From positions 512-64,511 of the forward strand of contig JBBSBR010000001.1 of assembly GCA_038251135.1 (NCBI GenBank): DNA of 64,000 bases, written 5' to 3'. The position numbers were made by a program, and so were the translations under genes. The notes beneath the pieces are model-generated. The model ran no database searches. It saw only the letters and a list, made by a program, of their open reading frames with translations, and was not told the origin of the DNA. Below, one piece after another: positions 9,695 through 19,247 of the stretch (positions are counted from its first letter, which is position 1; every line of letters starts with the position of its first letter). The DNA is from Candidatus Saccharimonadia bacterium (lineage in GTDB: Bacteria > Patescibacteriota > Saccharimonadia > UBA4664).

Positions 9695-10354
9695 TTACTG
9701 CGACAGGGTCTTCAAAATGGTACTGACCAAAGCGGCATCGGCGGCGGCGGCATCGGCGCGGCCGACGGTACTGGTGGCGCAGGTATTGCCGGGGTTGTTG
9801 TAGTAGTAATACTTATACCCGCCAAGCGCGACTATCAACTTGTTGCTGGACGGAGCCGCTTGGGATGATGGCCGGCGCACCAGTTGGCCCAGCGCCGAAC
9901 CCGGAGCGCAGTTTGGGTACTTGGTCGAAAAACTATCCGACTTAAATCCGGCGACGAGCGCCCCGGTGGTCTGCGAGGCAATCATGGCATAACTCAGGTC
10001 GGTCAGCGGATCGCTCGGCGTCAGCTTAACTCCCATCTCGGGAATCGCCAAACTTGCAGCGGCCGCAACGGCGGCCGGGCTCGGGCTGGGCGAAGGGGTT
10101 GCGCTCGGCTCCGGAGCCGCGCTTGCCGTACCCGCCAATGCATCCTGCTTAACCTGATACCGCAGATCGGTCAATTCGCCCTGGGTCTGGCGCTTGTCGT
10201 CTTGAGCATTCTTATAGATCGAGTAATTAAGATACATCGAAGCGGCGAGCCCCACCGAGAGGGTTGCGATAATAACCGCCGACAATACGCCAATTCCGCC
10301 TTTTTCCGTCATGCTTAACTCCACCATAGACGTTAGTAGTATAACCGTCATCAT
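9695..10354 (-). CDS. Bitopic membrane protein with a TM helix, a coiled-coil, a Pro/Ala linker and a C-terminal extracellular domain. Possible FtsL/DivIC-like divisome component.
   Basis: Same TM plus coiled-coil layout as the neighbouring small ORF. C-terminal roughly 100-aa domain is unassigned. Confidence 0.4.
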   Translation of the reverse strand: MMTVILLTSMVELSMTEKGGIGVLSAVIIATLSVGLAASMYLNYSIYKNAQDDKRQTQGELTDLRYQVKQDALAGTASAAPEPSATPSPSPSPAAVAAAASLAIPEMGVKLTPSDPLTDLSYAMIASQTTGALVAGFKSDSFSTKYPNCAPGSALGQLVRRPSSQAAPSSNKLIVALGGYKYYYYNNPGNTCATSTVGRADAAAADAALVSTILKTLSQ

Positions 10355-10474
10355 CTGATAATTGAAGACTTCTCGTGGGTTCGGCTATTGACTGCCGGAC
10401 CGGATGTGATTAGGATATTTAACGCTCGACCATGCCGGCCGTGAGCACTTCCAAGGTCAAAAGGAGACTGGGTT

Positions 10475-10927
10475 ATGCCCTGTGAGATATGCGAGCTGTC
10501 CGATCAGACCGTCAGCCAGGTGATCGACGGTGCCTACTGGACCGCCGTCGTCTCGCCCGACCAGGTCAACCTCGGGCACTGCCTAGTGATCTTGAAGCAC
10601 CACAAGCCAAGCATCAGCAGTCTCGCTGCCCGCGAGGTCGCCGAATGGCACGAGATCGCCAAACAGCTTGAAGACGCAATCGGCGCGGCTTTCGAGCCGA
10701 CGCTGTTCGATTGGACCTGTCTGACGGTTGCGGAGCACAGTCCGGGACGCAACCTCAATCCCCATGTGTTCTGGCACATCATTCCGAGGTACGAAAAGGC
10801 GGCTCGTTTTAACGGCCAAACCTTCTTGGATCCCAACTTCGGACACCGCTACGAGCTCGACCGGCGCATTTCCGAACCGGCCCTCACGACAAAAATTGCC
10901 TCGACGATCCGCCGCTCTATCCCCTAG
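10475..10927 (+). CDS. HIT (histidine triad) family hydrolase.
   Basis: NPHVFWHIIPR resembles the H-x-H-x-H-x-x histidine triad. AAGGAGA ribosome-binding site upstream. Confidence 0.7.
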   Translation: MPCEICELSDQTVSQVIDGAYWTAVVSPDQVNLGHCLVILKHHKPSISSLAAREVAEWHEIAKQLEDAIGAAFEPTLFDWTCLTVAEHSPGRNLNPHVFWHIIPRYEKAARFNGQTFLDPNFGHRYELDRRISEPALTTKIASTIRRSIP

Positions 10928-11035
10928 CCTAGCGCTGGGGTTTTTCATGACTTAGGTAAAAGATATCGTTGCAAAAATTTACCCGCGTGGCATAGTATGC
11001 TCAGTCCTTTTACAAAACGCCGGGAGGAGAAGACA

Positions 11036-11758
11036 ATGGTCGCCCATGCCCCCACCGCTTACCAGCCGCGAAACAGCTCGATGGATAATCTCTATGGGGC
11101 CCTTCTGCGCCCGGCTTGGCCCTACCTTGAAGCTCGACGCCGGAGAACCTGGGTCCGCCAACTGCCGAACTCCCTGACTACGATCCGGATGGTTCTGGCA
11201 TGGCCGGTTGCGTTCCAACTTGGTAAAGCGGTCAAATCCGATTCCGGCGCGTGGACGATGACGGTCTGGATTCTGGCCGTCGTAGCTCTCTTTGCCTCCG
11301 ACGGACTCGACGGCACCTTGGCCAACCGGCTCCGGATCACTACCGGTTACGGGCGCATCGCAGATCCCATCGCCGACAAGGTCTTGGTCTTCGGCCTGAT
11401 GGTGGTCTTTGTCGAGACCGGAGTTCAGCTCCTGCCAACAAACCTCTCGACGGCCTTGATTATCCTCGTGGTAATCCGGGTAGCGATCGATGCGGCGCTC
11501 ATTGCAGTGACCCTGGCCGAAGCGGTTAAGAAACGTCGACCCAAGGCCGAAAAGTGGGGCAAGCGCAAGCTTGCCACCGATGCTCTGACGACCGTACTGC
11601 TAACCGGCGGCCTCTGGCTGGCATCGAGTCACTACCCGCGCCCGGGAAATACTCTGGTCGCCGGTGGGTGCGCCTTGCTTTCGGTCGCAGCCTATCTGGG
11701 CGTCCGCAGCATTCACGGCCACTGGCTAAATCTCCGCGGCACCGCAACGGCCCCCTGA
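11036..11758 (+). CDS. CDP-alcohol phosphatidyltransferase (PgsA-like). The ORF opens at 10997 but the likely start is 11036, which has a GGAGGAG ribosome-binding site.
   Basis: DG-x2-AR...G...D-x3-D motif in SDGLDGTLANRLRITTGYGRIADPIADKVLV. Multiple TM helices. Confidence 0.75.
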   Translation: MVAHAPTAYQPRNSSMDNLYGALLRPAWPYLEARRRRTWVRQLPNSLTTIRMVLAWPVAFQLGKAVKSDSGAWTMTVWILAVVALFASDGLDGTLANRLRITTGYGRIADPIADKVLVFGLMVVFVETGVQLLPTNLSTALIILVVIRVAIDAALIAVTLAEAVKKRRPKAEKWGKRKLATDALTTVLLTGGLWLASSHYPRPGNTLVAGGCALLSVAAYLGVRSIHGHWLNLRGTATAP

Positions 11759-11800
11759 CTTCATTTGTCGGGCGGCCGCTTTTTTTGTAATAATCAGGTG

Positions 11801-13687
11801 CTAGGAGACCAACCCGGCCTTGATACGCCGTACGCCCGAGCTCGACGATTCCTCTTTGAGTATCTTGAATCTTTTGCCGTCGGCCGCTAATGCGCCGGTG
11901 TGCTCCACGTGCGGTCCGCCGCATATCTCCTTGGAGTACCAGTCGCCGTCCGGATCACCGGCCGTATAGACTTTGACCGTATCACCGTACTTGTCGCCAA
12001 ATGCCCCCAACGCGCCTTCCGCAAAAGCCTGTTCCGTCGGAATCTCGCGAAAGCCCATCGGCCAATCCTTGGTTATCTGTTCATTAACGATTTGCTCAAC
12101 TTTGGCGACCTGCTCAGTCGTCATCTTTTCGCCATGGCTAAAATCAAAGCGCAGCCGTTCAGGGGTAATATTGCTCCCCCGCTGAACCACGTGGTCGCCG
12201 AGAACCAGCCGCAGTGCTTTGTAAAGCAAGTGGGTCGCCGTATGGTACTTGACCGACATCTCGCTATGGTCGGCCAGTCCGCCTTTGAATTGGCCGGCAC
12301 TGGCGGTCCGGGAGCGCTCTTTCTGCTCGGCCATCAACCGGTCGAAGTCCTGGCGCCAATCAATATCGATATCGATCTGCCGCTCTTTGGCCTCTTCGAT
12401 GGTCAGCTCCCACGGGAAGCCGTAGGTGTCGGACAACAAGAATATGCTCTCGCCGTTCAAACTACCGTTCGAGAGTTTTTCAAACTCCCGCACGCCCCGC
12501 TCGAGAGTCTTGCGGAACTGCGCCTCCTCCCGAACCAGCACGTCGATCACCTCGAACTCTCGCTGGGCAACCTCGGGATAATCGTCACGGTAGAGTTTGG
12601 TAATGACCGGGATTGCGTGTTTCAAAAAATCATCGGTGAGGCCGAGGGCATGGGCCTGGCGGATGGCTCGTCGGACCAGCCTCCGGAGGACATAACCTTG
12701 TTGATTGTTGCTCGGCACCACCCCGTCGACGGCCAGGAAGGTAGCGGCGCGCAGATGGTCGGCAATGATACGCATGGGGGCGGTACTCGTCTCGTATGAC
12801 TTGCCGGACAGTTTCTCAAGCTCGACGATGATCGGCCAGATCAGGCTGATCCGGTAGACATCCGGCGAGTCGATGGCGGCCGCCGCAATTCTCTCCAAAC
12901 CCGACCCGTGGTCAATATTTTGGCTCTTTAAAGGCACGAATGATTTTTGCGTTTCTTTGACATAGGTCATAAAGACATTATTGCCCAGCTCCATAAACCG
13001 GCCGCAGTCACAGTTGGGGTGGCAATGCTCGCCAAATTCAGGATCATGCGGGGTGCCAAAATCGTAGAACATCTCCGAGTCCGGACCGCACGGATCGCCG
13101 ATCGGCGTAGTGGCCGGCTTGCCGCCGCGACTCCACCAGTTTTTTGATCCGTCGTAGTAGAAAATTCGCTCATCCTTATGCATGCCACGGCCGTAGCCGG
13201 CCGCTTCGGAACCTATCTCGGCCACCTTGGCCTTAATTCCCTTCGTCTCGAACAGACGCTGCCAAATCTCGGCGGCTTCGGCGTCTTTGGCAATGCCGAA
13301 CTCCGGCGCCCCGATAAAGCAGGTAACATATATCTTATTCGGATCCAGGCCTACGATCTCAGTCAAAAATTCAAACATCCACGGGATCTGCTCATCCTTA
13401 AAGTATGCCCCAAAACTCCAATTACCGAGCATTTCAAAAAATGTCGTGTGGCGATTGTCGCCGATCTCTTCAATGTCCTCGGCTCGAAAGGCCGGTTGCG
13501 AATCTACGACCCTGTCCCCCGCCGGATGCCGGGTCCCGAGCAGGTATGGCAGCAGCGGCTGCATGCCGCTGCCCGTGAAGAGCGTCGTCGCGTCTTCTTG
13601 CGGCACTAAATTGGCGCGAGGAATCACTACATGCCGGCGTTCGGCAAAGAATTTCAGGTAGGCTGAGCGAATTTCTTGGGTTGTCAT
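11801..13687 (-). CDS. alaS: Alanine--tRNA ligase. A compact 628-aa form that appears to lack the C-Ala domain.
   Basis: N-terminus MTTQEIRSAYLKFFAERRH. Editing-domain HTATHLL and CGGPHVEHTG zinc motifs lie at the C-terminus. The ORF ends shortly after them. Confidence 0.85.
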   Translation of the reverse strand: MTTQEIRSAYLKFFAERRHVVIPRANLVPQEDATTLFTGSGMQPLLPYLLGTRHPAGDRVVDSQPAFRAEDIEEIGDNRHTTFFEMLGNWSFGAYFKDEQIPWMFEFLTEIVGLDPNKIYVTCFIGAPEFGIAKDAEAAEIWQRLFETKGIKAKVAEIGSEAAGYGRGMHKDERIFYYDGSKNWWSRGGKPATTPIGDPCGPDSEMFYDFGTPHDPEFGEHCHPNCDCGRFMELGNNVFMTYVKETQKSFVPLKSQNIDHGSGLERIAAAAIDSPDVYRISLIWPIIVELEKLSGKSYETSTAPMRIIADHLRAATFLAVDGVVPSNNQQGYVLRRLVRRAIRQAHALGLTDDFLKHAIPVITKLYRDDYPEVAQREFEVIDVLVREEAQFRKTLERGVREFEKLSNGSLNGESIFLLSDTYGFPWELTIEEAKERQIDIDIDWRQDFDRLMAEQKERSRTASAGQFKGGLADHSEMSVKYHTATHLLYKALRLVLGDHVVQRGSNITPERLRFDFSHGEKMTTEQVAKVEQIVNEQITKDWPMGFREIPTEQAFAEGALGAFGDKYGDTVKVYTAGDPDGDWYSKEICGGPHVEHTGALAADGKRFKILKEESSSSGVRRIKAGLVS

Positions 13688-13822
13688 AGGTAGTATTGTA
13701 GCAAAATGATCTGTTGATATGAAAAATTAACCAGTTTCGACACGGAAAAGAGCGGCTTCACACCTGGTGAAACCGCTCTGATCCAATCGCATTTTCGGTG
13801 AAAGTTGCCATCCGCTCTCTCC

Positions 13823-14165
13823 TTAGCAAGCTTGAGAAAGTCCGGGCGACGATCGATTCTCGGTTGCTGCATCCGCAGGCATCGTCGGGTGGTCGAGCCA
13901 GTCCATAAGCCGGGCGGTATCGTTGCCGGCTGCAAGCGGGCGGTAGATCTCAAGCCACTCGGCCAGCCATGCCTCGCTGATGTTCCAGTAGTTGCATAGC
14001 CGCTGCAAACGATCACGATCATTTGCCCTGAGCTCTTGGAATGCGATCTTGGTCAGAAAGATCTTCACCGCCCCGGCCAGATCCGGGATCGTCTCCCCGG
14101 CCGGGATTTGGATCGCTGCCAGTTTCGCGTACCACTGCGCGACATCATTGCACATGACCTTCACC
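13823..14165 (-). CDS. Hypothetical protein. The ORF runs to 14215, but the likely start is the Met at 14165, which has a strong GGAGAGGAGG ribosome-binding site.
   Basis: Strong Shine-Dalgarno 8 nt upstream of ATG. No recognisable domain. Confidence 0.45.
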
Positions 14166-14237
14166 TCCTCTCCCAATGAAAGGTACGATTGGACGTAGGT
14201 AATTCTAGAATACAAATTTACGGGAATACATTGTCAC

Positions 14238-15281
14238 TTATTCCAAACTAATTAGGCCGCCACCGACCACCCTTTCATGATCGTAGACAACCGCCGATTG
14301 GCCGCCGGCGACGGCCCGCTCGGCACGCTCAAGGCGAACCGTCGCTCGGTTGACCTTCATCGAGAGCGTACCGGGGATCAGCGCACCGCGATGGCGCAGG
14401 CGCAGTCGATACGTTCGGCCGGTTTCCGGCGCATCATCAATCCAGTGGAGGTTTGTCAGGCCAAATTCGGCCGTCGCCAATTCGAGATCATTGGGATTAT
14501 CCGTGACGGTAACGGTATTGGCGGCCATATCTTTGGCGAGCACATAATACGGTCCGCCTCCGCCGATCCCCAGACCCTGACGCTGACCGACGGTATAGAA
14601 GACGGCACCCTCATGGGTACCGATTTTGGCGCCGTCACGATTCAAAATGCTCCCAGGCGTCGCAGCGATATATTGCCCCAGAAAGGCCTTGATACCCACT
14701 TCACCCACAAAACAGATCCCCTGTGAGTCAGGCTTATTGGCAGTGGGCAGGTCAAATTCAACAGCCAGCTGTCGGACTTCGGGTTTCGTCAGATCCCCCA
14801 ACGGAAAGATCGTCCGTGCCAGCGCCGCAGGTGTAATGCGGTAGAGAAAGTAACTTTGGTCCTTATTGGCATCGATCCCCATGGCGAGCCGACCGTCGAG
14901 GTTGCGTGCATAATGGCCAGTCGCGATCAGATCGGCACCGTCGGCCAGCGCCGCATCGAGAAAGAGTTTGAATTTAATCTCCTGATTACACATGATATCC
15001 GGATTAGGCGTTCGTCCGGCCTGATACTCCGCTATCATCGCGTCCACGACTTTTTCTTTGTATTCCGACTGAAAGTCAAAAAACTTAAAGGGAATGTCGA
15101 CCGCCACGGCCGCCGCGCGCGCATCGGCTAAGTCCTGCTTCCAGGGACAAGCGATACCGGCGACATCCAGCGTCCAATTCTTCATATAGACGCCCACGAC
15201 CTTATAGCCCTGCTGAACCAGCAAGGCGGCCGCTACCGACGAATCAACTCCGCCGCTCATTCCAACGTAGACCTTTTTCAT
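14238..15281 (-). CDS. mnmA: tRNA-specific 2-thiouridylase MnmA.
   Basis: PP-loop MKKVYVGMSGGVDSSVAA and conserved catalytic cysteines. Confidence 0.9.
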   Translation of the reverse strand: MKKVYVGMSGGVDSSVAAALLVQQGYKVVGVYMKNWTLDVAGIACPWKQDLADARAAAVAVDIPFKFFDFQSEYKEKVVDAMIAEYQAGRTPNPDIMCNQEIKFKLFLDAALADGADLIATGHYARNLDGRLAMGIDANKDQSYFLYRITPAALARTIFPLGDLTKPEVRQLAVEFDLPTANKPDSQGICFVGEVGIKAFLGQYIAATPGSILNRDGAKIGTHEGAVFYTVGQRQGLGIGGGGPYYVLAKDMAANTVTVTDNPNDLELATAEFGLTNLHWIDDAPETGRTYRLRLRHRGALIPGTLSMKVNRATVRLERAERAVAGGQSAVVYDHERVVGGGLISLE

Positions 15282-15314
15282 AACTGCTAGATTCTACGGC
15301 AATTAGGGAGAAAA

Positions 15315-15647
15315 TTAAATAGCCTTACCTGTGTCGGTATTTGGATGAATCACTTTGAGCCGTTCGACATCGCGTGAATCCTCGATGAGGGCGGTACGCA
15401 TCAGACGTTGCTCTTCTTTGATCTCGACGACCTCGGACTTCAGTTCGCCAACGTCCGTCTTCAGTATCGCGACGTCCGTCTTCAGCACCGCGACGTCCTC
15501 CTTAAGTACGGCGACATCGTCTTTCAGAACTGCGATATCCTCCTTCATTACGGGGATATCGCTCACATACTCCATAATGGCATCGAATTTGCCGTTCATA
15601 TCTTCCAACAAAACTTGGGTTCGATCATCGTCACGCACAGCCGCCAA
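15315..15647 (-). CDS. Small coiled-coil protein built from tandem heptad repeats (DVAVLKx)n.
   Basis: Protein repeat DIAVLKDDVAVLKEDVAVLKTDVAILKTDVGELKSEVVEIK is encoded by six 21-bp DNA repeats. Confidence 0.5.
   Translation of the reverse strand: MAAVRDDDRTQVLLEDMNGKFDAIMEYVSDIPVMKEDIAVLKDDVAVLKEDVAVLKTDVAILKTDVGELKSEVVEIKEEQRLMRTALIEDSRDVERLKVIHPNTDTGKAI
15438..15563 (-). repeat. Six imperfect 21-bp tandem repeats (cttcagNNNcgcgacgtccgt-like) inside the coiled-coil ORF.
   Basis: 21-nt periodicity is directly visible: cttcagttcgccaacgtccgt / cttcagtatcgcgacgtccgt / cttcagcaccgcgacgtcctc / cttaagtacggcgacatcgtc / tttcagaactgcgatatcctc / cttcattacggggatatcgct. Confidence 0.8.
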
Positions 15648-15722
15648 CTCCTCATTACCCTTATCTTACAGGCTTAGCCAGTTTGATTATACCGAACAAA
15701 AGCCGTAAATACGATACGACCG

Positions 15723-16688
15723 TTAATCGGTAAAGTCCTGCGTAATCATCAGTCCGTATATGCCGGCGTCAATAATCCCAATCCCAACGGTCGAATAATT
15801 GCTGGACAGAATATTCGCCCGATGGCCCGGTGAATTCATAAGACCCTGATGTGCCAGTTGCAGGGTCGGGGCCAAGGCCAGATTCTCCCCGGCCGAGCCA
15901 AACTTCACGCCCCCGACCCGCATGCGATCAAACGGCGAATGTCCGTCGGGATCAATATGCGAGAAAAAACCCTCGGCCAGCATCCGCTTGGAGTAATCCC
16001 GCGCCACCGCTCTGGCCTTGAGGTTTAGCGTCAGCGCCTTAAGACCGCGCGATGTTCGCTCGCGGTTAACGAGAATCAGCATTTGCTGTTCGCTCGCCTC
16101 GTCCACCACACCGTTGGTAGTCGTAAAACCCAGGTTTATCCGTTGCTCGCTCTCCGGCTCCGACGTCACGGTGAAGAAGTTCAGGCTCTCGCCCAAGTCG
16201 CGTCCAAGTGTGCCGGCCAGCGTCTGCTGGAGGCTGCCGGAGGTCTGGAGCAGCAGATGAGGAATGAGGGCGTTGGTAACCGGCTGCTTGGTACTCGCCG
16301 TCAATGGCAGGCTCGCAAAAAGGCTCAAACCCAGCGTTACAAGGATCAGCATCTTCGCGGCATTCAAGATACCGCCGATTATCTGCGATGGTAAATTGAG
16401 CCGAAAAAGGCCTTTGTAACGGCGAATAATTCCATATCTCAAGATGACTGCGAGCAGCAGCTCCGCTATGACCCAGATGATCAGGTAAGCTGCCACATCA
16501 GCCAAGGCGAGCGAGATACCGGTTTGTGCTTTTAGGAAGGCGCCGAGAGCCTGATACCCCACAAATGCGAAGGTTGTAGCGAGTATGAAACTGACGAGCT
16601 CCAAAGCGACGAGAGCGCCGCCACGGCGACTGCCCAAAAAGGCCGCGTAGCCCAAGATGGCGATAATTATAAGGTCGACGGCAATCAC
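15723..16688 (-). CDS. Fusion of a CvpA-family membrane domain and a CAP/SCP (YkwD-like) extracellular domain. GTG start overlaps the upstream stop as GTGA.
   Basis: N-terminal CvpA-like helices (MIAVDLIIIAILGYAAFLGSRRG...). C-terminal GFFSHIDPDG...GENLA...SPGHRANIL...YSTVGIGI CAP-domain motifs. Confidence 0.65.
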   Translation of the reverse strand: MIAVDLIIIAILGYAAFLGSRRGGALVALELVSFILATTFAFVGYQALGAFLKAQTGISLALADVAAYLIIWVIAELLLAVILRYGIIRRYKGLFRLNLPSQIIGGILNAAKMLILVTLGLSLFASLPLTASTKQPVTNALIPHLLLQTSGSLQQTLAGTLGRDLGESLNFFTVTSEPESEQRINLGFTTTNGVVDEASEQQMLILVNRERTSRGLKALTLNLKARAVARDYSKRMLAEGFFSHIDPDGHSPFDRMRVGGVKFGSAGENLALAPTLQLAHQGLMNSPGHRANILSSNYSTVGIGIIDAGIYGLMITQDFTD

Positions 16689-17293
16689 TTGCCGCCTACC
16701 AGCTCTTCATAGACCACCTTCTGAAACTCTGACAGCGTCAGGCTGCGGCTGTAGGGGGTAGCCCACCAAGCCGATCTGCGCCACGACTGATCATAGGATG
16801 AATGATTAATAATTACCGCGTCCGGACCGAGGGCCCGCTGAAAGATAATGAGCGCCCGCCGTTGATGGTATGGCGAAGTCACAAGGATGGCGGACTTGAG
16901 TCCGGCACTTTTCATGATGACCGCCACGTTCGCGGCATTTTCGCGGGTGTCGATCGAGGACTCGTCCATATAGATATCACTCGCCGGAACGCCCTCTTTC
17001 TCGGCTGCCAGCGCCATAGTCCGGGCATTTGACGGGCTGTTCGGGTCGAAGGCCGCACCGGAAAATATAAGCTTGGGAGCCCAGCCGTCGCGATACAGTT
17101 TAACCGCCTCTTGGGTTCTGGCCGCTGTCTCGCCGCCGCTGATCGCAATGATCACATCGGCCTTGGCGAGTTTGGACTGCGGGGAAAGATAAAAACCGAC
17201 AAACACCAACCCGATCGCAGCCAAGACCACGACCAGGAGAATGACTGAACTGAATATCACCGCCCAACGTTTCATACCTCTGTATTGTAGCAA
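16685..17293 (-). CDS. DUF218 / YdcF (SanA/ElyC-like) family protein.
   Basis: N-terminal TM helix, then AISGGETAAR...LIFSG...DTRENA...LVTSPYHQRRA DUF218 signature. Confidence 0.7.
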   Translation of the reverse strand: MLQYRGMKRWAVIFSSVILLVVVLAAIGLVFVGFYLSPQSKLAKADVIIAISGGETAARTQEAVKLYRDGWAPKLIFSGAAFDPNSPSNARTMALAAEKEGVPASDIYMDESSIDTRENAANVAVIMKSAGLKSAILVTSPYHQRRALIIFQRALGPDAVIINHSSYDQSWRRSAWWATPYSRSLTLSEFQKVVYEELVGGK

Positions 17294-17305
17294 GCGAAGC
17301 GAGGC

Positions 17306-18487
17306 CTACGCCAATTCTCGTACCCGTTCAACGATTTTCGGCAGTTCTTGAATAACCCGACCGATAACCCGATCGTCGGTCGATCGGCCAAACGTCAGAC
17401 GCAGACTCGCGTCCGCTTCGGTAGTCGTGCGGCCCAAGGCGAGAAGGACATGCGACGGCTCGAGGTCGCCGCTCGAGCAGGCCGATCCGGTGGAAGCCAT
17501 AATACCTGCCTTGTCCAGATAGAGTACGAGGGCTTCGCCGTCGGCGCCGGGGATCATAAAGTTTAGGTTATTTGGCAGGCGGTGCTTCAGGTCGCCGTTC
17601 AGGATGATACCGGGGATGAGCTCATGCAATTTGGCGTTCAGGCCGTCACGGAACTGAGACAAACGCCGGCTCTCGGTTTCGCGTTCGCGGGCGGCCAATT
17701 TCAAAGCAGCAGCCAGACCGACGATTCCCGCCACGTTCTCGGTTCCGCTGCGCCGTCCGCGCTCCTGACCGCCGCCATAAACCAACGGCTCAAGTATTAC
17801 GCCGTGGCGAACGTAGAGCAACCCGGAACCCTTCGGGCCGTAGATCTTCGAGCCGTTGATTGTCATGAGGTCGACATTGGTGCGGCTGACGTGCAGGTCC
17901 AGGTAGCCCGCTGCTTGGCAAGCATCGGTATGAAGGTAGATAGGCAGCCCGATCCCCCGCCGGTGACGGTCGTCGCGAATATCCGCAATCATCCGCGCGG
18001 TATCGACTACCGGCTGGATCGTTCCAATTTCATTGTTGGCAAGCATGAGGCTTACCAGTACGGTAGCATCGGTTACGGCAGCGCGCAGACGCTCGGTATC
18101 GACTATCCCCTTGTCCGATACCGGTACCACCGCGGCCTCATGGCCGCTTCTGCGCATCGGTTCAATACAACCCAAAACCGCGTCGTGTTCAATTGCCGAG
18201 GTCACCCAATGCGCTCCGGGATGGGCACGCAGAACTCCCTGGATGGCCAGATTATCGCTCTCCGTACCGCCGCCGGTAAATATTATTTCGGTTGGTTTAG
18301 CTCCCAGAGTATCGGCAATCGTAGCCCTGGATGATTCGACCGCAAAACGTGTCGCCCGGGCTGCACCATAAACGCTCGAGGGATTGGCGTACTCGGTCGT
18401 AAAGTACGGCTGCATCGCCTCAAGGACTCTTGGATCAATCGGCGTCGTCGCGGCGTGGTCGAGATAAATCGGCTGGGATTTTGGCAT
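17306..18487 (-). CDS. Cysteine desulfurase (class V aminotransferase, IscS/NifS-like).
   Basis: IYLDHAATTP N-terminus. PLP-lysine region INGSKIYGPKG. C-terminal SSGSACSS active-site cysteine loop. Confidence 0.85.
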   Translation of the reverse strand: MPKSQPIYLDHAATTPIDPRVLEAMQPYFTTEYANPSSVYGAARATRFAVESSRATIADTLGAKPTEIIFTGGGTESDNLAIQGVLRAHPGAHWVTSAIEHDAVLGCIEPMRRSGHEAAVVPVSDKGIVDTERLRAAVTDATVLVSLMLANNEIGTIQPVVDTARMIADIRDDRHRRGIGLPIYLHTDACQAAGYLDLHVSRTNVDLMTINGSKIYGPKGSGLLYVRHGVILEPLVYGGGQERGRRSGTENVAGIVGLAAALKLAARERETESRRLSQFRDGLNAKLHELIPGIILNGDLKHRLPNNLNFMIPGADGEALVLYLDKAGIMASTGSACSSGDLEPSHVLLALGRTTTEADASLRLTFGRSTDDRVIGRVIQELPKIVERVRELA

Positions 18488-18489
18488 AG

Positions 18490-19245
18490 CTAAATCCTAA
18501 AGAGCCGTTCGGCATTATGCGTGGTGGCCGACGACAGGTCTTCGAGCGGTTCCCCTCGCAAATTAGCCAAAAATTCGGCCGTAAAGGCGGTAAATGCCGG
18601 CTCGTTCGGTTTGCCGCGTTTGGGTACCGGCGCCAGAAACGGCGAGTCGGTTTCAAGTAAGAGCCTATTAAGCGGAACCCGCCGGGCGGCTTCGAGTTGC
18701 TGCGGGACTTTGGTGAAAGTCATAATGCCGTTTAATGCCACATAGAGCCCCCGCTCAATTGCCACCTCCATCTCCGTCACACCCGCCGTAAAGCTGTGAA
18801 CCACTCCGCGGACATCATCGTACTCGTCGAGAATCCGATAGAAATCATCGAAAGCTTCGCGGACATGAAAAACCATCGCCAAATCGCGCTCTAGGGCCAG
18901 TTCGATCTGATAACGAAATGCCCGTTCCTGGGCGTACTTGTCGTAACCTTCACGATAGTAATCAAGTCCGCACTCCCCTATCGCCACGACCTTTTCAAAC
19001 TCCGCCAACCGAGCGATCTCATCGAGCGCCTCGTAGCCGCGATCGGCCTCGTCGGGATGCAGCCCTACCGATGCCCAGATGTGCTCGTAGGCTTTGGCGA
19101 CCGCAATCGCTTCGGCACTGTCGTCTTCTTCGACGCCAATCGTTATGATCTTCATGACGCCGGCTTCATGAGCGCGCTCAAGAATACCGTCGAGCTCGTC
19201 GCGGGCATCATGGAAATGAATGTGGGCGTGGGTATCAATCAGCAT
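18490..19245 (-). CDS. tatD: TatD-family metal-dependent DNase/hydrolase.
   Basis: MLIDTHAHIHF N-terminal HxH motif and TIM-barrel hydrolase pattern. Confidence 0.85.
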   Translation of the reverse strand: MLIDTHAHIHFHDARDELDGILERAHEAGVMKIITIGVEEDDSAEAIAVAKAYEHIWASVGLHPDEADRGYEALDEIARLAEFEKVVAIGECGLDYYREGYDKYAQERAFRYQIELALERDLAMVFHVREAFDDFYRILDEYDDVRGVVHSFTAGVTEMEVAIERGLYVALNGIMTFTKVPQQLEAARRVPLNRLLLETDSPFLAPVPKRGKPNEPAFTAFTAEFLANLRGEPLEDLSSATTHNAERLFRI

Positions 19246-19247
19246 GA

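Noticed and set aside
11900-12799. 299-aa plus-strand ORF.
   Set aside because: Entirely antisense to alaS.
13688-13822. Possible T-box leader for alaS.
   Set aside because: The leader is only about 135 nt and has no AGGGUGGNACCGCG T-box sequence. The 13-bp hairpin at 13749-13779 is more simply a terminator or stabiliser.
17582-18334. 250-aa plus-strand ORF.
   Set aside because: Antisense to the cysteine desulfurase gene.
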